64,000 bases of DNA, from contig NC_057744.1 of the NCBI RefSeq assembly GCF_004010195.1, forward strand, positions 5,428,360-5,492,359. The letters run 5' to 3'. Shown here in pieces: positions 38,547-51,985 of the stretch. A program made the position numbers and the translations under genes. Positions within the stretch are counted from its first letter, which is position 1. Every line of letters begins with the position of its first letter. Below the pieces are notes generated by a model. The model was not told the DNA's origin and did no database searches. It saw only the letters and a list, made by a program, of their open reading frames with translations. Origin of the DNA: Chiloscyllium plagiosum. Taxonomy: Eukaryota.

Positions 38547-39163
38547 TGGCATTGACAGAGTTTGATGTGATTGGATTATAGTAGTGTCTTCATCATGGAC
38601 TCTTTAATGCCAGCCAAGGTTCAATGGGTCTTGCCTTTGCGCCAGAAGAATCTGGGTTCAAGCCTATTTCCAGAGACCTGTGCACACAGGCCATTAACCT
38701 GAGAGCCCTATCTGCCCCTTCAAAATATTCCCATGAGATTATTTCAAAGAAGGTGTTCTGCCTGGTGTCCAGGCCAGGACAAACACCTCGGTCAACATTA
38801 CAAAAACAAATCATCTGGTAATTATCACTTGGCTGCTCATGAAGATCAAATTAGCTGCCTTGTGTCATTTGTTATACCCATTAAATACACTTCTACACTA
38901 TTTTATTGGCTGTAAAACATTTTGGGACATCTCAAGGCTTTGATGTGAGGACTTCAAGAAAATGGAGATGTTCTTTGTAAGCAAAATAACTACACCTTAC
39001 CTCACATATATAAGAATGCATCTCACCCGAAGATGTTACCTAGTATGGTGACGAAACGTCTGGAAGTGAACCTTCCAGCTCAGTGAGCAAACCTCAACCT
39101 GAGCTACAAATCTTAACAAAACTCACATCTTGAGTATAGTTATTTTTAAAGATGAACACTTAC

Positions 39164-39321
39164 CACTTCCAGCACAGCATGAAGGATGAAGTCAATGTAT
39201 ATGGTTGTAGGTTGTGTCCAGTTTTTGACTGGTCGGACTCCCTTGTTATAGTTTGTCAGTAGTTTCTCCATCAGCCGTAGTAGTGTTGAGTTTTGAAGGG
39301 ATGCAGTATAAGCAAACCCTC
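39164..39321 (-). CDS. HTR3B: 5-HT3B exon 2, 158 nt
   Basis: GFAYTASLQNSTLLRLMEKLLTNYNKGVRPVKNWTQPTTIYIDFILHAVLEV. ttttcag / gtaagt boundaries. Confidence 0.94.
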
Positions 39322-41744
39322 CTGAAAATATGCAACATGATAAAGTGATTGGCAAAAGAATGACAGGACAAATGAGGAAAATATGTTTTATGCAGAGAGT
39401 CATTAGGATCCTGAATACACAAAGTGAAAAGTGTAGAGGCAGCAGGTACAATACTAAGGTTCAAAGGAGAATAAGTTAATATTTGAAAAGCTAAAAATAC
39501 TTTTGGCTTTTGGGAAGAAAGGTGGTAGGGGGACTAATTATTTAACTCTTTCAAAGAGCTGACAGCAGCATGATATGCTGAATTTATACACTATTTATTT
39601 CACAATTTGTGATGACCCTGATTTAGAAGCAGTACAATAAGGAACATTTGTAGCTGTTTTGAAGTGCCTGCCTTTTAAGACAATGTATCAATTGTCCACT
39701 GATCAATTGTGATTTTCTTGGATATTAAGAAATACTGGACCATATGATTTGATGATCATTGGCCTGGAAGCAATGCCAATATAAAAGGAGGCGGTGTTGA
39801 GCAGGGACAAAGGAGTGCAGCAGACAAACTTTTCAGAGACAGCAGGAGGAGAGTTGAAGGGTGGAGCTACAGCTACTAACATGATGAGAAAGCAGACAGA
39901 GACAGAAGGTGCAACACAGAGAGTCTTTGTGTGGATCAGACACAAATCACTCCCAGAAAGCATATGGCTTTACTTGGAGGCTATGGACCAGCCGGTTAAA
40001 ATGGTCTTAAACCTGGAAAACTGTGTGATTAGGTCAGAGGTAAAGAGTTGTCTGTTTTCCTAGAAATGGCTAAACCATGAACCAGAGTGTTATTGGTTCA
40101 TGACTTGAAAAAGAATGTTAGAAAGCTATACCATCATGATAATTGTGACCTGAAGGACAGACCATGTGCCCTGCTGATGATATTCAGACCTGTGAAACAT
40201 GAAGCTTAAAGCTATTGAGTATTGCTGAAAAAAAAGACCCATTTTGTCAAAGGTTTTGTCTTACACTTATTCGAGTATTTGCAAGAATACAGATGTAAAC
40301 AGCAAGAGCATTTTTTTTTCCTTTTCTTCTTTTTTTCTTTCTCCCACACTACCGCCTAATTGTGGTAGTGCTTATATTTTCCCCAGCACCCATGGTGTGT
40401 GTGTGCAGGTGTGAGACACAGTGAAAGACACAAGGTGCATGAATCTTTATTCAAATTTCCACCACCAGGAAGAAAGGAAACACCCGAGTGGGCAAAAGCA
40501 TTTTATAGTGTATGGAAGAGAATGCTGAGTGGGTGGCAAGTGGACAATGACTGACAGAGTCATTATCATGGTGAATTGACCAGTTAGGTAATGAATGACA
40601 ATTAGCTGCCAATTTTGTTTAAATTTAAACCATGCAAGTTGACTCTAATTAAGGCATTGCCCTGTGAAATATCCAAGTTCTGCAAGACTAAACGGTTACA
40701 GTTGGACAGGATCCCTGACTTACCCTGTAAGAATGAAAAACATCACTTTATAGAATGTGATGCCATACATGAAGGGGAGTGCTTGCAATTGTAAAAGTTC
40801 TCTCTTTGTTGGACCAACTATTTAAAATGAAATCTACCTTTGAATCATTTTTCTGTTAATCATCATATATAACCATGAATTCAAATTCATACTAAACTAA
40901 AAGTTAAGTGAAATCTTGATAATATCTTCACTGTGACTAAGCTGGTAAAATTGGCTATTTAGGTTTAGAGTCTCCCTGTAGTGATTGTAACAGATCTATG
41001 ATCCCAAATGACATGAGAAAATATTGAATTATGGCACAAATAATTTGTGGAATTTGATTAACTTTTACAATTAGGATATGGACTCAGAATTTCTTCTGCA
41101 GCGTTACCAACAGCTTAATTTGAATAGAGCTGAATACTGACAAAATGTGATACCACACCTTACCTTACATATAGTTTACCTAAGAATGCATCTTGAGGTG
41201 CAGTTACCTTTAAAGGTGAACACTTTACTAAACACCTACACAGTAGTGCCCCTCCTGCATGATCTGATGTACCTTTAAAATTCCTTCTGTTTCAACCACA
41301 AATACTGCCCCAACAGAGTGACATAACCACTACATACATTGACTAATTGAGTTGCTCCTGTCCCAATAACCAACAGATAATGATCAATAGAGTACTCCCT
41401 TTCCTAACCATTAATTGATACTTATGAATGGAGCACTAGTCATAGGGATGGAAAGGAATTTCTTTCAGTTCCAAATACCAATAAATCTTTATGATCCAAT
41501 TAAAGACCATTGGAATAAAAGCTGTGACCAGAAACTGTACTGGATTAATACTGATCTTACAAGTGAACGTCAGAGGCTAGGAGTTGTGCAACGCATCTTC
41601 TGACTCCCCAGAACCTGTCCACCATCTACAAGTAACAAGTCAGAAGTGTGATGGAATACCACACACACACACACCCCTTGCCTGGATCTGTGTAACTCCA
41701 ATTACACTTAAGAAACTTGATACCATCCAAGGAGCCAACTCGAT

Positions 41745-42088
41745 TGCATGGTAGCTCAGTGGTTAGCACTGCTGCCTCACAGCGCCAGGGATCCTGGTTT
41801 GATTCCACCCTTGGGCAACTGTCTGTGTGGGTTTGCACATTCTCCCTGCGCCTGTGTGAGTTCCCCCTGGGTGCTCAGATTTCCTCCCACAGTCCAAAGA
41901 TGTGCAGATTAGGTGGATTAGTCATGCTAAATTGCCCCATTATGTCAAGGGATATGTTGGTTAGATAAATTAACCATGGGAAATACAAGGGAATGGAACA
42001 TGGGCCTGCATGGGATGCTCTTTGGAGGGTCAGTTTGGACTCGATGGGCTGAAAGGTCTGATTCCATACTGTAGGGATTCTATGATTC
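41745..42088 (+). mobile_element. HE1-like SINE inserted into a LINE remnant
   Basis: Head and V core present. LINE sequence continues on both sides (41560-41740, 42090-42470). Confidence 0.8.
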
Positions 42089-42479
42089 TAAACATCCATT
42101 CGTTCCACTACCATTGCTCAGAATCAGCAGTGTGTACACACTACAAGATACACTGCAGAAATTCACCAAGACTCCTTCAACAGCATCTTCTAAATCCCAA
42201 CGTTTCAATTTCAAAGGACGAGGGTGGCAAGTGGTAGGAAAACAATCACTTGTTCCCTTCCAAGCCACTCATTATCCTGACTTGGACATATATCACCATT
42301 CCTTCACTGTTACTGGGTCAAAATCCTGGAATTCTGTCTTTAATGGCATTGTGGGTCTACTTATGACACATGGACTGGATAAACTCAAGAAGGCACCTTT
42401 TCAAGAGCATCTAGGCATGGATCAGCAACTAATGGTGGTCAAGCCAGCATTGCCATGTCCCATGAATTAATAAAATAAC

Positions 42480-43392
42480 TGGGGGATGGACAAGAGGCAG
42501 AAAATCATTGAGGAATGATTGTTTTTTCAGATTGGAAGAGGGTATTCAATGATTTTCCTCAGGACTGGTTCTAGGTATACTGTTTTCTGTTCGTTACGTG
42601 TTTATCAGTTTGCCTTGGCTATAAAGTGCATAATTGTGAAGTTTGCAGGTGACACAAACCTCAGATATATGAGGAGGAGGACTGTTGTAACCTTAAGGTG
42701 GAGATAACCAAACTGAAGAAATGAACAGACACATGACAGGCAGAACTTAATACAGGGAAGTATGGTCATGCAGTTTTCAAAGGAAAAGTAAGGAGAGACA
42801 ATACAAACTAAACAGTTGGTCTTCAAGAGAGTGAAGGAACAAAGTGAACTATGAAGTTGTCAGGGAAAATAGATAAGGCTGTTAAAAAAAATCTTTAGTT
42901 TTATCAGCAAATATGGTGGGATTTAAATGCTTTTAAAGCCCATCAGTATTAGTTACCATGGAACTAATAACTGAAGGAAATATTTTGTCCTTTGAAATTG
43001 AAATGGTTGGGGTTTGGAAGGCAACCTGAGTGAAACAAATAGGATTCTGAGGGGAATTGACAGGGTAGATACAGAAAAGTCATTTGCGTATGGGACATTC
43101 TAGGACCAGAGGGCATAACTAGAGTAATGGGTCGCACATTTACAATAAAGGTGCAGAAGAACGTCTTCACTCAGAGGGCAGTGAATCTGTAGAATTCTTT
43201 ACCACAGAGGACAGTTGAGGTTGGGTTGTGAAGTACATTCAAGAGGTGGACAGATTTTTAATCAGTGGGAATCAAGGGTTATGGGGAAAAGGCAGGAAAG
43301 TGGAGTTGAGGATTATCAGATCAGCCATGATCTTATTAAATGGCAGAGTAGATTTGATGGGCTGAATGGTCTACTTATGCTCATACATTATG
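42480..43392 (+). mobile_element. CR1-like remnants
   Basis: KFAGDT motif and 3' tail. Confidence 0.65.
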
Positions 43393-45487
43393 GAGAGTTT
43401 TTTTTTAACCAAATAAAAAATCACATGTTGCTATGATCTGGGATGCACCACCTGAAAGCGAGAATGAAGCAGATGTCAGAATACATTGCTTCCCAAACGT
43501 TTTCACACCGTCAACTTACTTTGAGGCTTGAAAATGATTGTGAGCCTCACGCTAGAGCAGGGGCCTTGCTAGTGCAGGAATTAAAACTCTTCAAACTTCC
43601 CTGACACCCATTGCTGCTTCAAAGCTTACGACTCCAGAGTTTTAGTTTGCAAGCTCATTCTCCAGCACCTTTCAAAAACACAATGGAATATGCAAACAAA
43701 TTTTGCAGTGAAGAGTAGAGGGGAATTATTTTAATAGCTGTTTCAGACAAAATTCTCTTTGTTCAAATCATAAACTGGTACCTGTGCTGGTTTATAGCTT
43801 TTCCTATCTCAAACTGTAATAAATTAACCAAGAGAGCCTTTCTTACACCCGCCCACCAATGGAAGATAGTGGGGAGCGGTGAGACTGATCTTTTTTTAAT
43901 TGCTAGACTGATTTTTGCTTTCAAGTCTTCAGGTGATCATACTGGCCTCATTTACGATGATATTAATGATATCAGTTGATGGTTATGACATTATCCTTGT
44001 TTTAGATTCTCATTTAAGGCCTATCTCTTTCAAAAATCAATTCTCAGCCCTTATTCCCGTACCACAATGGCTTCTTAATGGCTGTGTATTAAGGGCCTGA
44101 TTTCCAAAGTAATTATGTCTCTGAAGGGCTGTTTGTAAAAAGGGCACTTACTGTGTAAATGATCACTGTAGAGATTTTCTACTTGGTAATTAATGCTTCG
44201 ATCATGAGGTTGCAGGACTGTGTAACATTTTCCAATGGAGAAAGAACATGAAGGCCAAGATCTTCTTAAATGCAAGTCTCTTTCTGCCTTGTAGTGTTAA
44301 CCTTTGAATTACTTTTTATTAAACTGGGGAAGGATGGTCTGTGTGATATTCTGTCTGTTTTAAATATTCTATAGTGTCTATCAGGCAAGAAAGAATTTAT
44401 GACCTTAAATTCTCTTTGGGCATAAACAAAATGAAAAACATGAAAAACCTGAGAGTGAAACTCTGTGCTAATGAAATCCATTTTGGAAAAACTCATTAGG
44501 TCTGGCAGCTTCTGTGAAGAGACAAACAGAAGTAACATTTCAAGTCCAATTAGAAGATTCATAGACCTGCTGAGTTCCTCCAACACTCTCTTTTTTTATT
44601 ATAATTAAGCTTGATTATATTTAAATCCAACAGCATTGCAAATATGTGGAGATTACAAGTTAACCAAACAATATCAACACATTATTAAAACAGTTCATTA
44701 TCCTTGTTTCTGAGAAACTTGGGGAAAGGCGAAGTCTCAAAAGAATATGAAAGATGATAAGAGAATTCAAAAATTGGTGAAGCGGCCAAGTGTGGGTTTC
44801 ACATGCCTTGAGATTGTAGAAAGAAGTGATGACTGGAAATATAATAATGATCATACAAACAACATTTTGAACAATTTGAAATGAAGATTTCAGTTCATTG
44901 AACAGAATGACAGAGAAGTACTTTCATATTTTCAAATACCTGTAATATTTGCAGGTATTGAACCAATTTAGATAGAAACATAAAAGTTGTTGCCTTTAAA
45001 ATGTGGTCTTTGTCTGAATTTTGCATAGTCTCAAGAACACAAAGAAGACCTGAAAGTCTAAAGACTTTGCCATCATCTGTTTTAATTCAAATTTCTCTAA
45101 TGTAGAATTGGAAATAAAATCACAGACAGAAAGTTTTACCAAAGTCTTCAATGCAAATATTGCAATCACCTATTAATTTCAAAGCATTAATAATCAGGAG
45201 GTTTATGTAAGAATTTTGGGCTAATAGTGTCAAATATATTTGGGCCAAAATCTTTTCATTTGTACATTTTTCTCAAAAAAATACCAATAACCTTATAGAT
45301 TAAAAACAACACTTTATTGCTATAACAGAAGCATTTTGTACTCTTCAGTGGTGTGACTGTTCAACTAAAGGAAGTAAATTGGTTGCAGATTTTTATAAAA
45401 ATTATTTTTAAATGCATCTATTTCATGTACACAACTTAATGCATAAGCTTCAGAGATAGACAAAAAGTAATTGTGATCAGAACTTAC

Positions 45488-45524
45488 CTGAAAGCAGGTA
45501 GAGGAGGAAAAGATGCGAGACCAT
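45488..45524 (-). CDS. HTR3B: 5-HT3B coding exon 1 (signal peptide start MVSHLFLLYLLS-G)
   Basis: ATG with an upstream in-frame stop, a hydrophobic run and a perfect CAG|GTAAGT donor in phase 1, matching exon 2. Completes a 1383-nt open frame. Confidence 0.72.
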
Positions 45525-45624
45525 TTCCACACTGTCAGAGTTCGGTCCAAATCAGTGTTGCTTTATCTAGACTGAAACCAGATGAAAATTACTTAGCAAT
45601 CCTGGCAGACTAACTTTCATGAGG

Positions 45625-45632
45625 TTTAAATA
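45625..45632 (-). promoter_or_regulatory. Candidate TATA-like box (TATTTAAA) of HTR3B
   Basis: About 100 nt upstream of the proposed ATG. Motif and position only. Confidence 0.3.
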
Positions 45633-48099
45633 GCAGCCTGGTTAATTAATCCCAAGTTTTAATGTTAATATTATTTGTCTCTTACTTTCTGTGAGAATAT
45701 GATTCGTGACAGTACCTTGATGCAAGAAGCCAAAGCGAGGAGAGATTTCTTGAAAAGATTGTAACTTGGATCCCAGTTTTCTGACTACAGATTGCAATTT
45801 CATTTTATTGTGACTGAGAGATGCTAACAAGATAATGGTTTAATGGGAATGAATCTCCTGGGGTTTATAATACCTACAGCATGCAAATGTAAACACATTT
45901 AATGCATTCTCACAACTGGCTGTATCTGACATTATTTGCTCCTCACATGACTCACGCTCTTGCACTTTTTATCTGGATTTGGAGCAGAGAATTCAGTTTT
46001 CTGGTGAACTGAGTCATTATAACAAATGGTCAAGGGTAGATGGTTGATGTTAATTGATTAAATGACTCCGCATATGTAAACAGGAATAGTTGTCCCCTCT
46101 TTCCCTATCTCTTCCTCACCTTTGATGGTCTGCATTGTCCTTAGCGGCCTTTGTGAGTAAATTATTCAATTGGAAAACTTTACCGGTGGTGGTTAATGGA
46201 TGGAAAAAATACCATGGGTGGTTCGGTGATGGGTTGCAGTTGTTTGTAAGGCCACTTCTGGATACAAAATTAAATAGAGATTAGAGTGGCTCTTGTGATG
46301 CAGTGGTAGTGGTGCTCTCTCTGAGGCAGGAGGCATATATTCAATTCCCATCTGCTTTGGATGTGTGTAACAACATTTCTGAACAGATTGATTTGGGAAA
46401 ACAAAGGGGAAACAGATCCTTGATGGGGTTTTAAGGGCAGTAGGTACCACAGGGTGAATTATTCCCCCACCCCACTTACTCCATTTTTATTTAGCCTCCT
46501 CTCTTGTTTTTCCCATTATGTGATTTGTTATTTGTTAATTGGATGATCTGGTTAAAAAACATAAATCAAAAACAACATGTCTTTTTAGGAGTCTTGTTGT
46601 GTAATGACAATATTCCTACCTCTGGACCAGCAATCTGGGTTCAGGTTCCAACTCAGGATATGATGATCATGAGCATGCAATGGCCAAACATACTGATTTT
46701 AAAAAACAGAGGGAAAGAGATGGGGCTGATGTGTGTAAGGAGTTGTAAGACTGAGTAGTTAATAAACTCTATTTTCATTTTGGTTTCACTCACTGACTTG
46801 GATTCAGTTTGGTAAATTATCCAGGTACTTCAAGAATGTAAGGTCAAATACAACTTCCCTCAGAAATGTCCAAGTAAGCTCTCAAAAATATGCAAAGTTG
46901 TCCTTTCCCTTACCTTTCACATCCCATGAATGAATGATTGTAAAATGACTGTGAATTAAGAATCATCGCTGATCACCTTTTGCCACAGACTCAACTGGCA
47001 GAGACTTTACTGAATTTCCTTCAACTGTTATTGCCACCTGTGCAACATCAGTAAGGGCAGTGTTAGCCAGAAAGCAAGAAAACATGGGCTCGTTTGTTAT
47101 TACGCTTTTCACAAAGACACACTGCCTTGCTGCTGGTTTTCCTGTCTGGGCATTCATTGGTCAGTAAGAAATGTTCATCCACCACGCATAAGGTACACTG
47201 TGACCAATAGTTTAAAGGAATTCCTGGATCAAAATCCATCCAGGGTCTAGATATCTCTAATCAACTGGTCAGAGATGTTATTTCACACTGCTGGAGCAAC
47301 TAGGACTTACCCAGGACTCCTGGTCCATAGGTATGGATGCTACCACTATGCCACAGGAGTCTCTCATCAAGCGCATATTTAATATTTCTTCAAACAGCTT
47401 GACAGGCACATGATGCAATAATAATGGATCGACAAATTAAGCAATCAATCTTAATCAATTAATCTACAATGGACATGGACAGGAAGCCCAATTATGGAGA
47501 TCTTTGAGAACCATATCTCAATTTCTTGTAACCCAAGGCCACTTGTTTTTGTGGGAGTATGCTGCATTCACGACATACCCAGCTTTTATTTTTGCATTCT
47601 TTTAACATAAACAAGGGATCACAAGGGATTACAGTGAGTTTGTTTATAAAACTTGCCAACTGACATAGAGAAGGATTGAAGCACTTGCAACGTTAGTTTA
47701 CGAGAAATAAATCATGTTGCTATTGTCCAGTAATCAAGTGAACTGACTATATTAAAATATGAAATGACTGTTATGTATAAGACCAATGATAATCTTAAAG
47801 TGATAGTGTGATGCTCAGTCGCAGCAGTGTCTCCAACTACAAAATGCACTGCAAAATAAAATCACCAAGGCTCTTTAGACAGCACTTTCCAAACTCATGA
47901 CCATTTCTATCTAAAAGGACAAAGACATCAGATACATGGGAACACCACCATTCTGACTTGGAAATATATCACCGTTCCTTCACTATTATTGCATCAATAT
48001 CCTGGAACTCCCTCCTTGTTGACATTATGGGTTTACTTACAGCATATGTACTGTAATGGTTCAAGCAGACAGCTGACCACCAACTTCCTGAGGATATGT

Positions 48100-48815
48100 C
48101 AAATTTGTTAAACTTGAAAGGGTTCAGAAAAGGATGTTGCCAGGTTGGAGGGTTTGAGCTATAGGGAGAGGCTGAACAGGCTGGGGTTATTTTCCCTGGA
48201 GTGTTGGAGGCAGAGGGATGACCTTATGGAGGTTTATAACATCATGAGGGGCATGGATAGGGTGTATAGTCAGGTATTTTCCCTCTGGTAGGGAAATCCA
48301 ATATTAGACGGCATAGGTTTAAGGTGAAAGGGAAAAGATTTAAAAGGGACCTAAGGGGCAACTTTTTTATGCAGAGGGTAGTGTGTGCATGGAATAAACT
48401 GCCAGAGGAAATGGGTCAGGAGTGCAGTGCTGGAAAAGCACAGCAGGTCAGGCAGCATCGAAGGAGTAGGAAAATTGACTTTTTGGGCAAAAGCCCTTCA
48501 TCAGGATGAAGGGCTTTTGCCTGAAACGTCGATTTTCCTGCTCCTTGGATGCTGCCTGACCTGCTGTGCTTTTCCAGCACCACACTCTTGACTCTAATCT
48601 CCAGCATTTGCAGTACTCATTTTCGCCTGCCAGAGGAAGTGGTGGAGGCTGGTACAATTACAACATTTAAAAGGCAACTGGATGGGTATATGAATAGGAA
48701 GGGTTAAGAGGGATATGGGCCAAATGCTGACAAATGCTAGATTAAATTAGGGTGTCTGGTTGGCATGAACGAGTTGGACCGAAGGGTCTGTTTCCGTCTT
48801 GTACACCATTATGAC
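48100..48815 (+). mobile_element. HER1/CR1 3' end carrying a fold-back insertion
   Basis: KGKRFKRDLRGNFFMQRVV..WNKLPEE, interrupted at 48411-48626. Confidence 0.85.
48411..48626. mobile_element. Penelope-like family 1 fold-back insertion with 12-bp TSD
   Basis: ctgccagaggaa at 48399-48410 and 48627-48638. Inverted arms of about 90 bp. Confidence 0.8.
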
Positions 48816-49465
48816 TTTGTTACACTCTAAATAGGGACAGGCAACAAATGCTGACCCAACCAATGATACCCACATGAATTAATTAACAAGATTCACAGCC
48901 TGTCTACCAGCACTTTCAATCACTCATTAAAGATCATGCTTTGTGGAAACTTATTGCACTCAAAATGGCTGTTGTGTTTGTTGCTTAATGATAATTATTA
49001 CATTTCAGAACATACTACCTTCTTTTTGATTGAATATTTTGTTGTAAAGCTTAATGGAGATTGTTCTGGCTGCCCAGTGGCCAGATACCAGCACACGTGC
49101 AGATGTACTCTCCTGTTCAAACAAAGCCATCCCTCAGGCAGCTTTGTTGCAAGCCAAAAGGAACAAGACCAAACGTGTGGTATCTGCACACTCCCAGCCA
49201 AATAGCATCACTACTATTTGCAGAACTGACAAATGCTCCTTTGTGCACATTTTTAAATGGTTTCTACAAGCTTATGATGGACAATTGTGTTGTCTTTGTT
49301 TTGACCTGCAGATTCATTGACTCTGAATAACATTAACATCATTCACTTTGATAGAGTCCCACTCTGTGACTGTATAGACAAGTACTTATCAGGGTAATCT
49401 GGAGAACTGGGTCATTATTTAGCATATGCAGAAAATAATCAAAAAAGGCTAATCTGCAGACTTTT

Positions 49466-49749
49466 AGACTAGATTCCCTACAGTATGGAAACAGGCTATT
49501 TGACCCAACAAGTCCACACTGACCCTACATTTACCCGTGACAAATGTACCTAACACTATGGGTAATTTAGCATGGCCAATTCACCTAACCTGAACATCTT
49601 TGGATTATGGGAGGAAACCGGAGCTCCTGGAGGAAACCCATGCAGACACGGGGAGAATGTGCAAACTCCACACAGACAGTTGCTTAAGGCGGGAATTGAA
49701 CCCAGGTCCCCGGTCCTGTGAGGCAACAGTACTAGCCACTGTGCTGCCC
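49466..49749 (-). mobile_element. HE1-like V-SINE
   Basis: Same head, core and tail in reverse orientation. Confidence 0.85.
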
Positions 49750-51957
49750 ATTTCTTAGTTCTTTATTTTTCTAACCTTTATTTCATAAAGAGCTTGTATT
49801 GGAGAAGCTGTACCTAGGTACCTGGCGCTGTGAGTGGCGGCTTGTAAACGTTTCATTGTACCCATTTGTGTACATGTAATAATGAAGCCAATTCATTTAT
49901 TCATAATAGAATGTTGACCTTTTTCTCCAAGGGTGACTAGAATACAAAGGGGTGTCATCCTTCAGTTGTACAGGGCCCATCTAGAGAAGTGTATTCATTT
50001 CTGGGCACCTTATCTCAGGAAAGATATATAGCCCGCATGTGATTTTTACCAATGTGATTTGCCTACTATACAAAGTGGCTCGTACATGTTTGTGCTCTTT
50101 AATGATCCTGCTACGTAAGACCAAATACCACCGAGGAATTTTAATTTCCAAAGCTTTCCTGTGAATTAATTTATTCCAACAGTCTTGAGGAGCATTACAG
50201 TCAGTATATTGGCAAATCCATCAACTTTGCGTTGAAACAAAAGCTCTGGAGCAGTTTAAGAGCTGGTTAAGTTATGATAAGATAGACTGAAGATGACCTT
50301 GAATGTGAAGTAAAACATGAGTTACAGTAAACTTGCTTTGATGTATCATCTTTAGGATGTCCCAGTGCACATTACAACAATTCTGGATTGTAATCTTGTG
50401 GTAATGTAGAAAATGCATCAGCCAATTTCAGCATAGTATAAAGCAAGCTTTGAGGTAAATTACCCATCAGTCTTACAGTAATTTTGGTTGAGGGATCAAT
50501 ATTGGCGAGGACATTGGAAAGAGTTCATGCACTCCTCTTCACAATAATGCCGTAACGTCGTCTAAATACACCTTTGATGGTACATCAGGGCCTCAATTTA
50601 GTGAAAAACAGAACACGACAAATGCTGGAAATGTGAAATAAACTTAAATTACCCAGCTGGTCAGGCAACATCTGTGCAGACAGGGAAACAGAGTTAAAAT
50701 TTCAGATCTTAAAGCAGGGGCTAGTTTGACTAACAGGCATAGTTTTGGAAGTGCCAGTGAGGGAAAAAGAGAAAAGAAGGGGAACAAAGTAAAGGAAGTG
50801 AGGGAAGGCTTGATTGTTGGCAGTGAACAAAAAGGATGACTGCCTTCCAACAGACAATAGAGAGATAAAGACAGGGCTAAATTGCACATTTGTATATGCA
50901 CGGAGTATAGTGAACAAAATTGGGGAACTGGGAAATTGCACTATGGGGACATGACATAGTGGCATTGACAGAAACATGACTGAAGCCAGAATAGGATTGG
51001 ATTCTTAACATCCTGGGTTATATGATTATTAGTAGAAACAGGGTGAGTAAAAAGGGAGGAGATATAGCAGTCTTGGTAAAAGATAGTATCATAGTCCTTG
51101 AATGAGATACCGTTCCTGAATGAGAATCTGTGTAATTGGAGATGAGTAACAGGACGGGAGCAGGTACCTTGTTGAGTATTTATTATAGACCTCCTAATAG
51201 TGAGGTGGAAGTAGAAGGGAGTACTTGCAGGCAGATTATGGTAATCCGCAGGATACACAGCATTATGATAGTTGATGACTACAATTACCTGAGAGTAAAT
51301 TGGGAAAAATGTAGAGTGTGTGGCATAAAATTCTTACAATGTGCGCAGGAGAACTTTCTGGAGCAGTACATTTCCAGTCTTACCAGAGAAGGAGCTGTGC
51401 TGCATCAGGTCCTAGGAAATGAGACCAGCCAAGTGGACAACATTAGAGTGGGGGAACATTTGGAAAATGATGATCATAATATTATTAGGTTCAATATTAA
51501 GTTAGAAAAGCATAAAAATCAGTCAAAGATTAAGGTCCCAGAGCGGAAAAGGGCAAGTTTTAGAGGTCTAAAAGGTGAACTGGAGCAGGTTCAAGGAACA
51601 AGCAGGGGTAAGCTACTCACTGAAACAAACGGTATGGCAGAATATAAATTAATACTTTGTTTCTATCTTCACCAAATTAGAGGATGTTAAAAAGACTGGA
51701 AGAACTCCAGGTAGAAAAGTCATCAGGCCTGAATGTGATGCATCTGGGATTGCTGAGAGGGTTAAGGAGCAAATCATGGAGCTGCTGATAGAATTTTCCA
51801 GGCCTATCTGTACACTGGGTTAGTTCAAGGGAACTGATGGATTGCAAGTGCAATGCTATTGATAAACAAAGGGGCAAAGGATAATCTGGGACCTGTCAAC
51901 TTGACATCAATAGTGGAAATCTGATGCAGACCATAATATGGGGTAAGGTAAATATTC

Positions 51958-51985
51958 CTGAAGAAGGGCTCATGCCCGAAACGTT
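51958..51985 (+). ncRNA. Minimal hammerhead ribozyme core in a 91-bp insertion (51956-52046)
   Basis: CUGAAGA-A-GGGC-UCAU-GCCC-GAA-ACGU-U. TSD taaggtaaatat at 51944-51955 and 52047-52058. Confidence 0.65.

Noticed and set aside
39703-39963. Hydrophobic minus-strand ORF as an alternative HTR3B signal exon
   Set aside because: No convincing phase-1 donor after the hydrophobic stretch; the 45488-45524 exon fits better.
51136-51690. 184-aa ORF, the longest in the window
   Set aside because: Decayed CR1 APE endonuclease, not a host gene.
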